A model generated the notes under the pieces. The model did no database searches, was not told the DNA's origin, and worked only from the letters and a program-made list of their open reading frames with translations. A stretch of 64,000 nt of DNA. Origin: an uncultured candidate division Zixibacteria bacterium (GTDB lineage Bacteria; Zixibacteria; MSB-5A5; UBA10806). Positions 42,818 through 52,032 of the stretch are shown piece by piece; within the stretch, counting starts at the first letter, position 1, and every line of letters begins with the position of its first letter. A program made the position numbers and the translations under genes. The stretch covers positions 160,001 through 224,000 of the forward strand of contig CAWFQL010000017.1 in NCBI GenBank assembly GCA_963817915.1, given 5' to 3'.

Positions 42818-44260
42818 TCAAGCCTTTTCCGCAATAAATTTTAAGGCTTTTTCTAACCTTTTAATACACTCATCTTTGCCCAAAAGTTCCATCATATCGA
42901 AAAGCGGCGGTCCAGCCGTGGAACCCGATAATGCCAAACGAGTTGGATGAATTAATGTCGCCGGTTTGATTTGCGATGATTCGGCTATTTGCATAAGCCC
43001 ATGCTCCAAATTTTTGGCCGTAAAATCATCCATTTTTGCCAAAAAATCCATCCACGGCTCTATTGTCTTCAATAATCCTTTGTCGTTGAAATACTTCTCA
43101 ACCCCTTTCGGCTCGTAATCGAACTCGCCAACGAACAAAAACCGCCCTTTTTCAACAAAATCGGTCAAAACCTGGCACCGTTCCTTGAAAATCGCCACGA
43201 ATTTACGCATCCATTCCCAACGGCTATTTATCCATAGATTCGTAGTTAATCCCGCTTCAATTAGATAGGGGCGAATCAGGTCAATCAGCTTATTGTCATC
43301 GGTCTTGCGGATATATTCGCCATTCATCCAGCCTAACTTCTCCAAATCGAATATCGCATTTGTAGGAATTATCCGATCCAGAGTAAAGACCTCGACCATC
43401 TCATCGACAGTCATTATCTCACGGTCATTGCCCGGCGACCATCCCATCAGCGCGATAAAATTAACCACCGCCTCTTTAAGATATCCCAATTTCGCATAAT
43501 CGGTAACCGCCGCCGCCCCGAAACGTTTCGACATCTTCGCCCGATCTTCACCCAGTATCAACGGTATATGGCCGAATGCCGGCGGCTCTATGCCTAATGC
43601 TTGATAAATCAGAATCTGTTTGAAAGTGTTGGAAATATGATCATTCCCTCGGATTACATGGGAAATCTTCATCTCGTGATCATCCACTACCACGGCAAAA
43701 TTATAGACCGCTCTGCCATCGGATCGGGCTATAATAAAATCATCCAATTCCTTATGTTCGCGGGTAATATCACCAACTACCAGGTCATGGAATGTTGTCG
43801 AGCCATCGGGAATGAAGAGCCTGACCGCGGCCGGCTCGCCCGAATCAATCATCCGCTTTTTTTCGGCTTCGGGCAAATTGTAGCAGGTGCGATCATAACG
43901 CGATGTTATCTTTTGCGCCCGGGCTTCTTCCTGTTTTTGCTTCAAGACTTCCGGCTTGCACCAGCATCGATAGGCTTTGCCTGATTCGAGCAATTGATCG
44001 ACATATCTTCTATAAATATCGAGCCGTTTCGATTGGTACACGGGCGGCTCGTCGGATTCCAGCCCAAGCCATTTCAACGATTCGAAAATTACATCAATCA
44101 TCTCCTGTGACGATCTTTCTATATCTGTATCTTCGATTCGCACCAAAAACTTGCCATGATTATGACGGGCAAAAAGCCAGTTAAATAATGCGGCCCTGGC
44201 TGTGCCGATATGTAAATATCCCGATGGCGATGGCGCGATTCTAACTCTCACTTCAGGCAT
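42818..44260 (-). CDS. gltX: Glutamate--tRNA ligase
   Basis: APSPSGYLHIG, RIEDTD, VIRGNDH, KMSKR. Confidence 0.97.
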   Translation of the reverse strand: MPEVRVRIAPSPSGYLHIGTARAALFNWLFARHNHGKFLVRIEDTDIERSSQEMIDVIFESLKWLGLESDEPPVYQSKRLDIYRRYVDQLLESGKAYRCWCKPEVLKQKQEEARAQKITSRYDRTCYNLPEAEKKRMIDSGEPAAVRLFIPDGSTTFHDLVVGDITREHKELDDFIIARSDGRAVYNFAVVVDDHEMKISHVIRGNDHISNTFKQILIYQALGIEPPAFGHIPLILGEDRAKMSKRFGAAAVTDYAKLGYLKEAVVNFIALMGWSPGNDREIMTVDEMVEVFTLDRIIPTNAIFDLEKLGWMNGEYIRKTDDNKLIDLIRPYLIEAGLTTNLWINSRWEWMRKFVAIFKERCQVLTDFVEKGRFLFVGEFDYEPKGVEKYFNDKGLLKTIEPWMDFLAKMDDFTAKNLEHGLMQIAESSQIKPATLIHPTRLALSGSTAGPPLFDMMELLGKDECIKRLEKALKFIAEKA

Positions 44261-44450
44261 TTATTTCCTCTCAAATACGCGTAAATCAGAAGTTTTAACA
44301 TCTATCCCTTTATCCGATTGCAAATTATATCAGTTGGCGGTCGATGTCAATCGCAGAAAGATGATTGGTTTTAATAGAATTAATCATTCTTGAAATAATG
44401 TCAGCATTCTAAATTTATAATTGCAGAGAGTGAATTCCAAATATTCTTCT

Positions 44451-44511
44451 AATAGCCGGGGCTTTCCAGCCCCGGATTATGGTAATGCGGCGCTGGAAAG
44501 CGCCGCCTATT
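44451..44511. repeat. Inverted REP-like doublet
   Basis: AATAG-CCGGGGCT-TTCC-AGCCCCGG and, on the minus strand, AATAG-GCGGCGCT-TTCC-AGCGCCGC. Confidence 0.7.
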
Positions 44512-44591
44512 AATGAAAGCATGAATATTCGAGGAAACTCCTCTTCATATCCCGCTTGACATTATTCCCAGCCTGTCTCAAGATACTCCTA

Positions 44592-45473
44592 ATGCTGATG
44601 GCGCGATTTCTATTATTTATTACCGCAATTATCTGGGGATGGACATTCGTTGCCACCAAGGTTTGCCTGACATTTCTATCACCGGCGGAACTGCTCGGAT
44701 TCAGGCTGTTGATTGCGCTGCCTATTCTTGCCGGTTTGATAATAGCCAAAGGGATCAAATTCAATTTTCAACATCATCGGGGAAAACTGCTTATAGGATC
44801 ATTGATATTAACAGCCCATTTCCTGGTGCAAATCACCGGCATGAAATACACCTCCGCCACCAATACCGGCTGGATCATATCATTGACACCGCTGGTAACC
44901 ATTTTTTTGGCCTTCATATTATTGAAAGAAAAAATCGGTAAATTCGCGATTATCGGCGTCATTATCGCTACCTTTGGAATATTGCTTTTAATCTCCAAAG
45001 GCAGTCTGACGAATTTCGGATGGATTTCATCAGTCGGGGATTGGCTGATTCTGGTTTCCGCGCATACCTGGGCGCTTTACACAATATTGACTCGTGATGT
45101 TTCCCGTTCCAATAATCCTTTGGCGGTCACCTTTGTAATTTTCCTGCCATCGGCCATAATAGTCGCCGGCATAATGATTCTATCAACCGACTGGGCGCGA
45201 TTGCTCCAAATGCCGTTAAATGTAATTATTGCCATTATATATTTGGGGGTATTTGGAACCGCATTGGGCCATTGGTTTTGGCAGGTCGGAGTGGCAAAAT
45301 TGGGCGCCAGCAAGTCCGGCATCTTCCTCTATCTGGAGCCGTTGGCCACGACCGCCCTGGCAGTACCATATCTTCATGAATCATTTGGGATTACAACTGC
45401 AATCGGCGGTTTTTCCGTCTTATTTGGAGTCTGGATTTCACAAATAGGAAAAGCCAAAGAAGTGGGGTTATAA
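44592..45473 (+). CDS. DMT/EamA-family transporter
   Basis: IWGWTFVATK, LLKEK, YLEPL; about 10 TM helices. Confidence 0.88.
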   Translation: MLMARFLLFITAIIWGWTFVATKVCLTFLSPAELLGFRLLIALPILAGLIIAKGIKFNFQHHRGKLLIGSLILTAHFLVQITGMKYTSATNTGWIISLTPLVTIFLAFILLKEKIGKFAIIGVIIATFGILLLISKGSLTNFGWISSVGDWLILVSAHTWALYTILTRDVSRSNNPLAVTFVIFLPSAIIVAGIMILSTDWARLLQMPLNVIIAIIYLGVFGTALGHWFWQVGVAKLGASKSGIFLYLEPLATTALAVPYLHESFGITTAIGGFSVLFGVWISQIGKAKEVGL

Positions 45474-45654
45474 TATTTTGAGGATAACCGTTATTTTTTC
45501 TCACAAAGTGAAATACCAGGAATTAAGTGGCACTTTTCACTCAAAACAGCAGTATACATTGATGATGATAAATTCAAAATTTCAGGCACATTGTTTACAC
45601 ATCTTGGTTCAAAATTCATTTTCTCTACATAACTGATCGATAAGGAGTTGTGAT

Positions 45655-46176
45655 ATGCTTAACGCTCTTGCCAATCATCTGAGGTTGCTTGCCGATTCCG
45701 AATCAGACAATTTTCGCCAACTCGTTAAAGACCGCTTAAATGGAAAAGTCACCGATGATCAAATCGGCGTTTTGAAGGAGTTTATTTTTCTGCTACCGCC
45801 CGCATTAAAGCAGTTGGAAGGCTATTGGCGCGATAAGTCAACCCCGGCCGAGGCCAAAAAATTGAGCGGCTACATAATCTCATACATCTATAATCCGCAC
45901 AATTTTATCCCCGAGGATAAATTCGGCCTTTTTGGCTATCTCGATGATTCCTACATCGTAGTTTCAGCATTTTTGCATATTGAGGACCTTTACCTGCGCG
46001 ACTGGCAGAAGAAATCGCGCGCTGAAATGGAATTAGCCAATCGAGCCCGTTCCCTGATGATGGCGCCGAGGCTGGTCATTCCCGAAATTACCGAAAAAAT
46101 CGATAAGATAGTAAGCTCCCTGATGAAAGGTGAAATATCCGGATTCGAAGAAGTTTTCAACAATGGCAATCATTGA
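45655..46176 (+). CDS. YkvA/DUF1232-family protein
   Basis: Y..NP.NFIPE..FG.FGYLDD; AAGGAG RBS. Confidence 0.75.
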   Translation: MLNALANHLRLLADSESDNFRQLVKDRLNGKVTDDQIGVLKEFIFLLPPALKQLEGYWRDKSTPAEAKKLSGYIISYIYNPHNFIPEDKFGLFGYLDDSYIVVSAFLHIEDLYLRDWQKKSRAEMELANRARSLMMAPRLVIPEITEKIDKIVSSLMKGEISGFEEVFNNGNH

Positions 46177-46303
46177 AAGATTCAGCTAAGAATTTCCTAA
46201 TGGCGATCATACCGGTCGCCATTTTTTGTTGTCGTTTAATGTCTTGTAAAAAAATCGTTATCGTCATAAAATCAAATAAATGATTAACTCGGGAGGATAA
46301 TTT

Positions 46304-46636
46304 ATGATGTGGAGATGCGGAGTTTGCGGTTATATTCATGATGGCGATTCAGCGCCTGACAAATGCCCCAAATGCGGCTCGCCCAAAGAAAAATTCGCTC
46401 AAATCGAGGCGGCGGCCGCAAAATTAATCGAACGTGCGCGGCACACCAATCACCTTCATATGAAGATGGCCGCTAAATTGGGCAAGGTAATCAAAATTGC
46501 CGACAAGGGTATCGATGACAATCTCGATCCCGGTTGCCTTGAGATTTTCACCAAGGCTAAAGAACAGGCAAATATTCTGATTCATTCTATTCGCGCCGAA
46601 TTGCAGGGCCACATGAACAAAGGCAAATGGGGATAA
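46304..46636 (+). CDS. Rubredoxin-like domain protein
   Basis: WRCGVCGYIH...CPKCG plus a helical C-terminal domain (GIDDNLDPGC, GHMNKGKWG). Confidence 0.85.
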   Translation: MMWRCGVCGYIHDGDSAPDKCPKCGSPKEKFAQIEAAAAKLIERARHTNHLHMKMAAKLGKVIKIADKGIDDNLDPGCLEIFTKAKEQANILIHSIRAELQGHMNKGKWG

Positions 46637-46651
46637 TTATTCTGAATTGGA

Positions 46652-46679
46652 GTAGAGACATGCCATGGCATGTCTCTAC
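46652..46679. repeat. GTAG-type REP-like perfect palindrome
   Basis: GTAGAGACATGCCA|TGGCATGTCTCTAC, 28 bp. Confidence 0.7.
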
Positions 46680-46717
46680 ATATTTTTATCGATTATTTTT
46701 GTAATTTCCTTTTGGGC

Positions 46718-46750
46718 GTCGTCAGGAATCCATTCCTGACGACTTTTTTT
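46718..46750 (+). terminator. Intrinsic terminator
   Basis: GTCGTCAGGAAT-CC-ATTCCTGACGAC followed by T7. Confidence 0.7.
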
Positions 46751-47008
46751 GATGTTCAATCAGCATTTGTTTTGAAAATACCCTAATAGTGGAAGGACGA
46801 GGCCTCGCTTCCGTGTCTGGCATCTGCCGGACAAGCCGTGACGTTTAGGGTCCATGGATCCTGCGCCACATTTACCCAATGTGGCGCCCAATTAAAAATT
46901 CTGCCGCCAGTAGTTAATCTAAGACGACAGGATGACAATAGAACGGATTTTGGAAACTTGCCCGACGATGACTATTCGTCGCAGGCGTATTTCAATACTT
47001 CATTTTTG

Positions 47009-48904
47009 CTATTTTTCCGAAATCCTCTTCGAAACAGCGTCTCTCAATGACGCCCCATCGATACGGCCATTCAATGATTTCTTGACCCAGCCGCAGATAT
47101 AATTGATTCTGTCGTCAGGCTTCTTGAATGTCACATCGGCAGTCTCGAGAATAGATTCCTTAATAGACTCCTGAACCAATTTGTCATTCAGGTTAAGCAA
47201 TTTATATTTCTTGATCAATTCTTCAATTGGCTCTTTGCCGTTGTCGTTCAAAGAACTTAATATCGATGATACCGAATCCTTGGAAATGAGATTTTTCTTG
47301 AATGCGCCGAAAAGCTCGATCAATCCGCCATTGAGGATTTTGATACCCTGGTTATCGGCTATATCCAGATTTTTCAAGAGACTCCAGACCAATATCGGCG
47401 ATAGTTTCAATTTCGAAATTATCTCTTCGAAAATTCCCGAGTACGGAGTCACCACGATCTTTTCCGCCAATTGGCGCGGGACTCCCATCTTCACCCATCG
47501 TTCTTCAATCTTATACGCAGGCTCAGGAAGCTCATCTCTGAGCTTTTTTACCCACTTTGCCGTTATTTCTACCGGAGGGCTGTCTGTATCAGGATACATT
47601 CTATCAGGCCCCGGCAATACTCGTTCGAAACCGGCAGTACCATCGGCAAACGCTTGCCGGGTCTCGTCGGGCACTCCTTTGGTTGCCTCGATAGCCCTGA
47701 TTTTAATTTCAGATAAGGCCATATTGACATCAGCCTGCGAGCCCCACGTTATGATAATGACATCTGTATGCTTGCAGTCGCAGGTCTTTTTGATTTTGCT
47801 CCAGATTGCCGAATTGAATCCAGCCATCACAGGGATATCTGAAACCGCGATATTGGGCATCTGATCCAGGCAGGCTATCACCCTGACACGATCGGAAAAT
47901 TCATCGGCGAATGTTTTTCCTGGCTGAAGCTCCTGGCTCATTATTCCGGCAAATCCCGCCATCTTAATCCCTCGAACCACCCAGCCTTTTTCCAATGCCT
48001 TATTGACGACCGGAATATTGTAATCTCGCAATTGGCCATCTAACTCGAATTTTTCGCCATGAATCGTCATCGGATTAATTCCTCTCACTCCGAGGATTTC
48101 CTTGATTGCCAACAGACCGGCCTGACGTTCTGCTTCGTTGGCAGTGAGTTTCTCAATCATCCAGGTTTGCGGGACTCCCTTAATCTCTGCCCGCTTGCCG
48201 CCTGTGATAGAGACATTGACATCCTGCCTGACACTGCCGATTCCGCGCCTTACTAACCCGCTCGCCTTTAGCAATCGTCCGATAATGGCATCGACTTCCA
48301 TCGCTTCCTTTGGAGTGAGCATATCGGGGGCAGTGATGACCTCTAATAATGGCATCGATAATCGGTCCGTTCTGAATACTATTTCATGGCCGATATCCGA
48401 CACTTCGCGGCAGGCGTCCTCTTCCAAGCAAATATGTGTGATTACAATCTTTCTGTCTTTATACGGCACCCAGCCATCGACACCGACAATCGCTGTCCTC
48501 TGAAAGCCCGTGGGAATCGAGCCATCGAGATACTGCTTTCTCGATACATGCAATTCGTCGACCAGATTGCAATTAAGAAGCATGGCGAGCTTCATGGCGA
48601 TTTCGAGGGCATCGCGGTTTATCGGGAATGGCGGCGTATCATCCATCTCGTAGGTGCAGCAATTTTCTCTGTAAAGCTGATAGACCACATTCTTTTTGGT
48701 TTTGAATTCCATCAATGCTGTACCATCGTATTCGCCTAATTCGGAGAGGGTCGGGCGCATATGCCTTATGATTTCACCATCGGGTTCGTCATTGCGATAA
48801 TGAGCCGGGCAGCGGCAGTAGAGTTTTTTCTCGGTCAGCAATTGCTGATGAATCTCGATGCCGCATTTAAAGCCCATCTGAATATATTTGTCGTCTTGTT
48901 CCAT
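47009..48904 (-). CDS. gatE: Glu-tRNA(Gln) amidotransferase subunit E (archaeal type)
   Basis: GIEIHQQL, RPTLSELGEYD, YEMDDTPP, DGSIPTGFQRT, RRGIGSVRQDVNVSI, insertion domain, PGPDRMYPDTD; 631 aa. Confidence 0.9.
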   Translation of the reverse strand: MEQDDKYIQMGFKCGIEIHQQLLTEKKLYCRCPAHYRNDEPDGEIIRHMRPTLSELGEYDGTALMEFKTKKNVVYQLYRENCCTYEMDDTPPFPINRDALEIAMKLAMLLNCNLVDELHVSRKQYLDGSIPTGFQRTAIVGVDGWVPYKDRKIVITHICLEEDACREVSDIGHEIVFRTDRLSMPLLEVITAPDMLTPKEAMEVDAIIGRLLKASGLVRRGIGSVRQDVNVSITGGKRAEIKGVPQTWMIEKLTANEAERQAGLLAIKEILGVRGINPMTIHGEKFELDGQLRDYNIPVVNKALEKGWVVRGIKMAGFAGIMSQELQPGKTFADEFSDRVRVIACLDQMPNIAVSDIPVMAGFNSAIWSKIKKTCDCKHTDVIIITWGSQADVNMALSEIKIRAIEATKGVPDETRQAFADGTAGFERVLPGPDRMYPDTDSPPVEITAKWVKKLRDELPEPAYKIEERWVKMGVPRQLAEKIVVTPYSGIFEEIISKLKLSPILVWSLLKNLDIADNQGIKILNGGLIELFGAFKKNLISKDSVSSILSSLNDNGKEPIEELIKKYKLLNLNDKLVQESIKESILETADVTFKKPDDRINYICGWVKKSLNGRIDGASLRDAVSKRISEK

Positions 48905-48996
48905 CGTCTCTATTTCCTGAAAAAATCAATCCACAACGTTCTTCAAACAAAAACAATAATCACGCAAAATATGAAATTTTTCCAATATGTCAAAGG

Positions 48997-49293
48997 CTAT
49001 TCAGTAGTTGCCCGAGGGTATATTTTTGCCCTGCAATCGGTGATAACTTCTTTTGGAATCAATCTTAACGCCAAAATCACCAATAAAGGCACGATTATGA
49101 AATCATCGAGATGCCCAATGATTGGGATGAAATCAGGAATAATATCAAATGGCATCAGCAGGTAACCAACCGCGATTCCAAGCAATATTTTTGCGATTAA
49201 CGGAGTCCTTTTATCTTTTAGAACCAATCGATAAACCGATAGTTCTTTTTTTAGCAAAATGCCTAATTCTTTTAGTTTAGCGGGTATTGTCAT
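48997..49293 (-). CDS. YkvA/DUF1232-family protein
   Basis: YLLMPFDIIPDFIPIIGHLDD. Confidence 0.88.
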   Translation of the reverse strand: MTIPAKLKELGILLKKELSVYRLVLKDKRTPLIAKILLGIAVGYLLMPFDIIPDFIPIIGHLDDFIIVPLLVILALRLIPKEVITDCRAKIYPRATTE

Positions 49294-49363
49294 AAATCTA
49301 TGAAGCCGAATAATTCAAACACGACTCAATTACGACCCGACACGATGAGTTCAAAAAAGAATT

Positions 49364-49762
49364 CTAATTATTATGCGCGCCCTGGGCGATCCAGCGTCTT
49401 ATAAGGTCGATTGTAGTCTGAGGAAGTGGGGTGCCCCCAAATGGCATCTGCGGCTGTCTCGTGCCTTCAAGTTTCTGGATTATAATGCTGCTGTCAGGAT
49501 TGTTGGGTAACACAACCAGGCCAAGATCGCCTCCCTGCATCAGGGATGCGTAACTATCGAGACGCAATCCTCCCGATGGTCCACCAATATGGCACGGGCA
49601 ATTCGAGAAAAATATGGGCGATATATTGGAAGAAAATGACGCCAACGTATCGGGAGGAACCGTCGGCTCATCGGCAATCTTGCCCAAATCCGTGCAGGAA
49701 CTGAAAAGCATTATCGATAATACTATTACGATTGCGGCTAAAATTCTGAAGATATTTTTCAT
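49364..49762 (-). CDS. Lipoprotein with planctomycete-type cytochrome c domain (CxCH motif)
   Basis: Lipobox FSSC; PIF..NCPCH, GGLRLDSY, QMP, WIAQGA. Confidence 0.75.
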   Translation of the reverse strand: MKNIFRILAAIVIVLSIMLFSSCTDLGKIADEPTVPPDTLASFSSNISPIFFSNCPCHIGGPSGGLRLDSYASLMQGGDLGLVVLPNNPDSSIIIQKLEGTRQPQMPFGGTPLPQTTIDLIRRWIAQGAHNN

Positions 49763-49779
49763 CTTACATTCTCATATTT

Positions 49780-50856
49780 TTAAAAGAAGAAATGAAAGTC
49801 ACCGACGAATTGCGTATGCTTTGTCCCATGATCATCGTAATATTTTATCATAGGCTGAATCTCTACAAATCCAATAGGAAAATAATCGATTCCGAAGCCG
49901 TACCTATTGATAACGCCGTTCTTAAGCTCCGTATCGGAATCGTAAAAATCATAAGCAAAGGTCGCCCAGATTCCCTGCGTAATCATGTAATTGAAATTAT
50001 GAGTACTCGCCAATGATTTTTTATGGATTTGCTTATTATCCAGCCAATCTATTTCACCGGTATAGATAAGTTTGGCCCCGAGACCGTTGAAATAGAAAAA
50101 CGGGCCATACATCGATATCGCACCTGCAGGGGTATCGTTTCGCCAAAAAGATGCCCCAGCGCCCAGGCCAAATTTGTTTATATGCTTTCTGAATTCTAAA
50201 CGGGCTGATACTGCCTTCCCCTGATTATCATCGAGCATGCCGGTTGTTCCGTTGAAGACTCCAACATTGGCCGAAATTCCAAATGGGTAGAGCCCGAATT
50301 CGAGTCCGGTATCCATCGAGGTCGGCGGCCAGAGCATTTTCTCGCGCACGAACGATGTATGATCCGCGAATCGCCATCCATACGATGGTTGAAATTTGCC
50401 GACCCTAACGTACCCTTGCCAGGGGAGAATATATCCCATTCCGTACACTTCGAATGAATTATTGTACAGGTCCTTTTTCAGCGCCGCCGAAAAATTCTTA
50501 TCAAATTGAACATCCAGATAGAAATTCCCCTCCATCTGGAAAAATGTGGATTGTTTGACTTCCTTATCATAAATCATCAGCGATCTGGCATCCATTCCAA
50601 TAGAAATATTCTGAGATAGTGACGGCTGGAATTTGGTAATTTCCTCAAATGGTGTCTTGTGAACGGCCAATTCTGTTTGAGCAAAGTATTGAGATCCAAA
50701 TGCTATTCGCATGCCGCCTCCTGTGGGGCTGACATGACAGAGATTGCATTTCTGCTCTACCTTGGCCGCGAATCTCGGCTCGCCATAGGTATTCAATGAT
50801 AGACTCAGAAGAGCTATCGCGCTTAAGATAATAGTTGTCCTGAAATCAATCCTCAT
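49780..50856 (-). CDS. Cyc2-like monoheme cytochrome-porin fusion
   Basis: Signal peptide, PRFAAKVEQKCNLCH...FG..Y, beta-barrel-like body, C-terminal Phe. Confidence 0.7.
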   Translation of the reverse strand: MRIDFRTTIILSAIALLSLSLNTYGEPRFAAKVEQKCNLCHVSPTGGGMRIAFGSQYFAQTELAVHKTPFEEITKFQPSLSQNISIGMDARSLMIYDKEVKQSTFFQMEGNFYLDVQFDKNFSAALKKDLYNNSFEVYGMGYILPWQGYVRVGKFQPSYGWRFADHTSFVREKMLWPPTSMDTGLEFGLYPFGISANVGVFNGTTGMLDDNQGKAVSARLEFRKHINKFGLGAGASFWRNDTPAGAISMYGPFFYFNGLGAKLIYTGEIDWLDNKQIHKKSLASTHNFNYMITQGIWATFAYDFYDSDTELKNGVINRYGFGIDYFPIGFVEIQPMIKYYDDHGTKHTQFVGDFHFFF

Positions 50857-51025
50857 ACGCCTCCCAATTTGGCATTTTTTTCTTCAAGCATTATAGCCTG
50901 AATAATAACTGGCAGACAACAGGAATCTTTTAGTCGGGGAAAAATGTTTTTCAATTTGCCCGGCAATTCAATTAACTATTGAGTTTGCCGAATGAATATG
51001 CTTATCGTAAAATGAAATTGAATGG

Positions 51026-51763
51026 ATGAAAGGAGCTACTATGGAGATTAAGGGCTCATTTGCTAAGAGCTATGATAAATTTGTCAAACGGCCTACCTTG
51101 CTACCTGAAGGTCTGAATGAATTGATCCGATCTCTGAAAGCCCAAAAATTTCTGGAATTTGCCTGCGGTACCGGCACGGTTGCTGTCGGTCTGTCGCTTC
51201 AGGGTTTCAAAGTTACAGGCGTCGATTACTCCGTAGACATGCTGAAGCAGGCCAAAATTAAGGCTAAAGAGCATAAGGTCGCCGTCAAATTAGTCAAAGG
51301 CGATATTACAAAAATCAATTTAAAGGAAAAATTCGATCTGCTTCTTTGTCTGGGCAATACGATTCCTCAATTTACCAACATGTCTATTTTAAAGGCATTT
51401 CTTAAAAATTGCAAAAATCATCTTGTCCCTGGAGGATATATAATTTTCCAGCAGCTTAATTACGATAGGATTTTGAAACAAAAGCCAGCGACCTTTGCGG
51501 TCGAAACCAGCGGCTCATTGGTGAGATTGAAGCAATACCGGTACGGGAGAGGATATATCGACTTCGTTGTGACGATTATAGACGGCAATAAAATTCCGCC
51601 GCAAATTTCATCATCGGAAATAAAGCTTAAGCCCTGGACAAAACCGGAGCTTACTAAAATCATGACGGGCGAAGGATTCAAAGATATTTCGGTTTATGGA
51701 GATTATAATCGTTCGGGCTTCGATCTTAATGCCAAGGATTTAATAATAGTAGGACAAGTGTAA
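51026..51763 (+). CDS. Class I SAM-dependent methyltransferase
   Basis: LEFACGTG, GVDYS..ML, FDLLLCLGN. Confidence 0.88.
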   Translation: MKGATMEIKGSFAKSYDKFVKRPTLLPEGLNELIRSLKAQKFLEFACGTGTVAVGLSLQGFKVTGVDYSVDMLKQAKIKAKEHKVAVKLVKGDITKINLKEKFDLLLCLGNTIPQFTNMSILKAFLKNCKNHLVPGGYIIFQQLNYDRILKQKPATFAVETSGSLVRLKQYRYGRGYIDFVVTIIDGNKIPPQISSSEIKLKPWTKPELTKIMTGEGFKDISVYGDYNRSGFDLNAKDLIIVGQV

Positions 51764-51858
51764 TTTTATCTGTGGTCTGCGATTAATATCCGATGATCTT
51801 TATCATTACACTTATTTAAAATGAGTCGGGGCAAATCGAGGCGATCTGATTTTTTGTA

Positions 51859-51886
51859 TTGACTGAATCGATAATAAATCTATTTT
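51859..51886 (+). promoter_or_regulatory. Sigma70-like promoter for tRNA-Glu
   Basis: TTGACT-16 nt-TATTTT, 10 nt before the tRNA. Confidence 0.5.
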
Positions 51887-51896
51887 AGGAGTCAAC

Positions 51897-51968
51897 GGCG
51901 CTATCGTCTAGGGGTTAGGACGGGTGGTTCTCAGCCATCAAACCAGGGTTCGATTCCCTGTAGCGCTA
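51897..51968 (+). tRNA. tRNA-Glu (anticodon CTC), CCA not encoded
   Basis: GGCGCTA...GGTGG-TTCTCAG-CCATC...GGTTCGATTCC...TAGCGCTA cloverleaf. Confidence 0.95.
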
Positions 51969-51978
51969 CTAAGATTGC

Positions 51979-52017
51979 AACCCCCTGTTAAGCAAAAACT
52001 TGATCGGGGGTTTATTT
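51979..52017. terminator. Terminator after tRNA-Glu
   Basis: AACCCCC...GGGGGTT stem followed by TATTT. Confidence 0.55.
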
Positions 52018-52032
52018 CATGGAGTTAGACCT

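Noticed and set aside
45580..45600. Possible sigma54 promoter (AGGCAC-N5-TTAC)
   Set aside because: The -12 GC dinucleotide is not conserved
46835..46892. Minus-strand hairpin followed by CGCA...CCTAA, reminiscent of a c-di-GMP-I riboswitch
   Set aside because: No GGCAAA or GNRA loop, and no downstream gene in that orientation
47181..47864. 227-aa antisense ORF (and many similar short overlapping ORFs)
   Set aside because: Shadow frames of well-supported genes, with no recognisable motifs
47009..48904. Ordinary bacterial gatB
   Set aside because: Length, insertion domain and the SELGE.D / RQDVNVSI motifs match GatE
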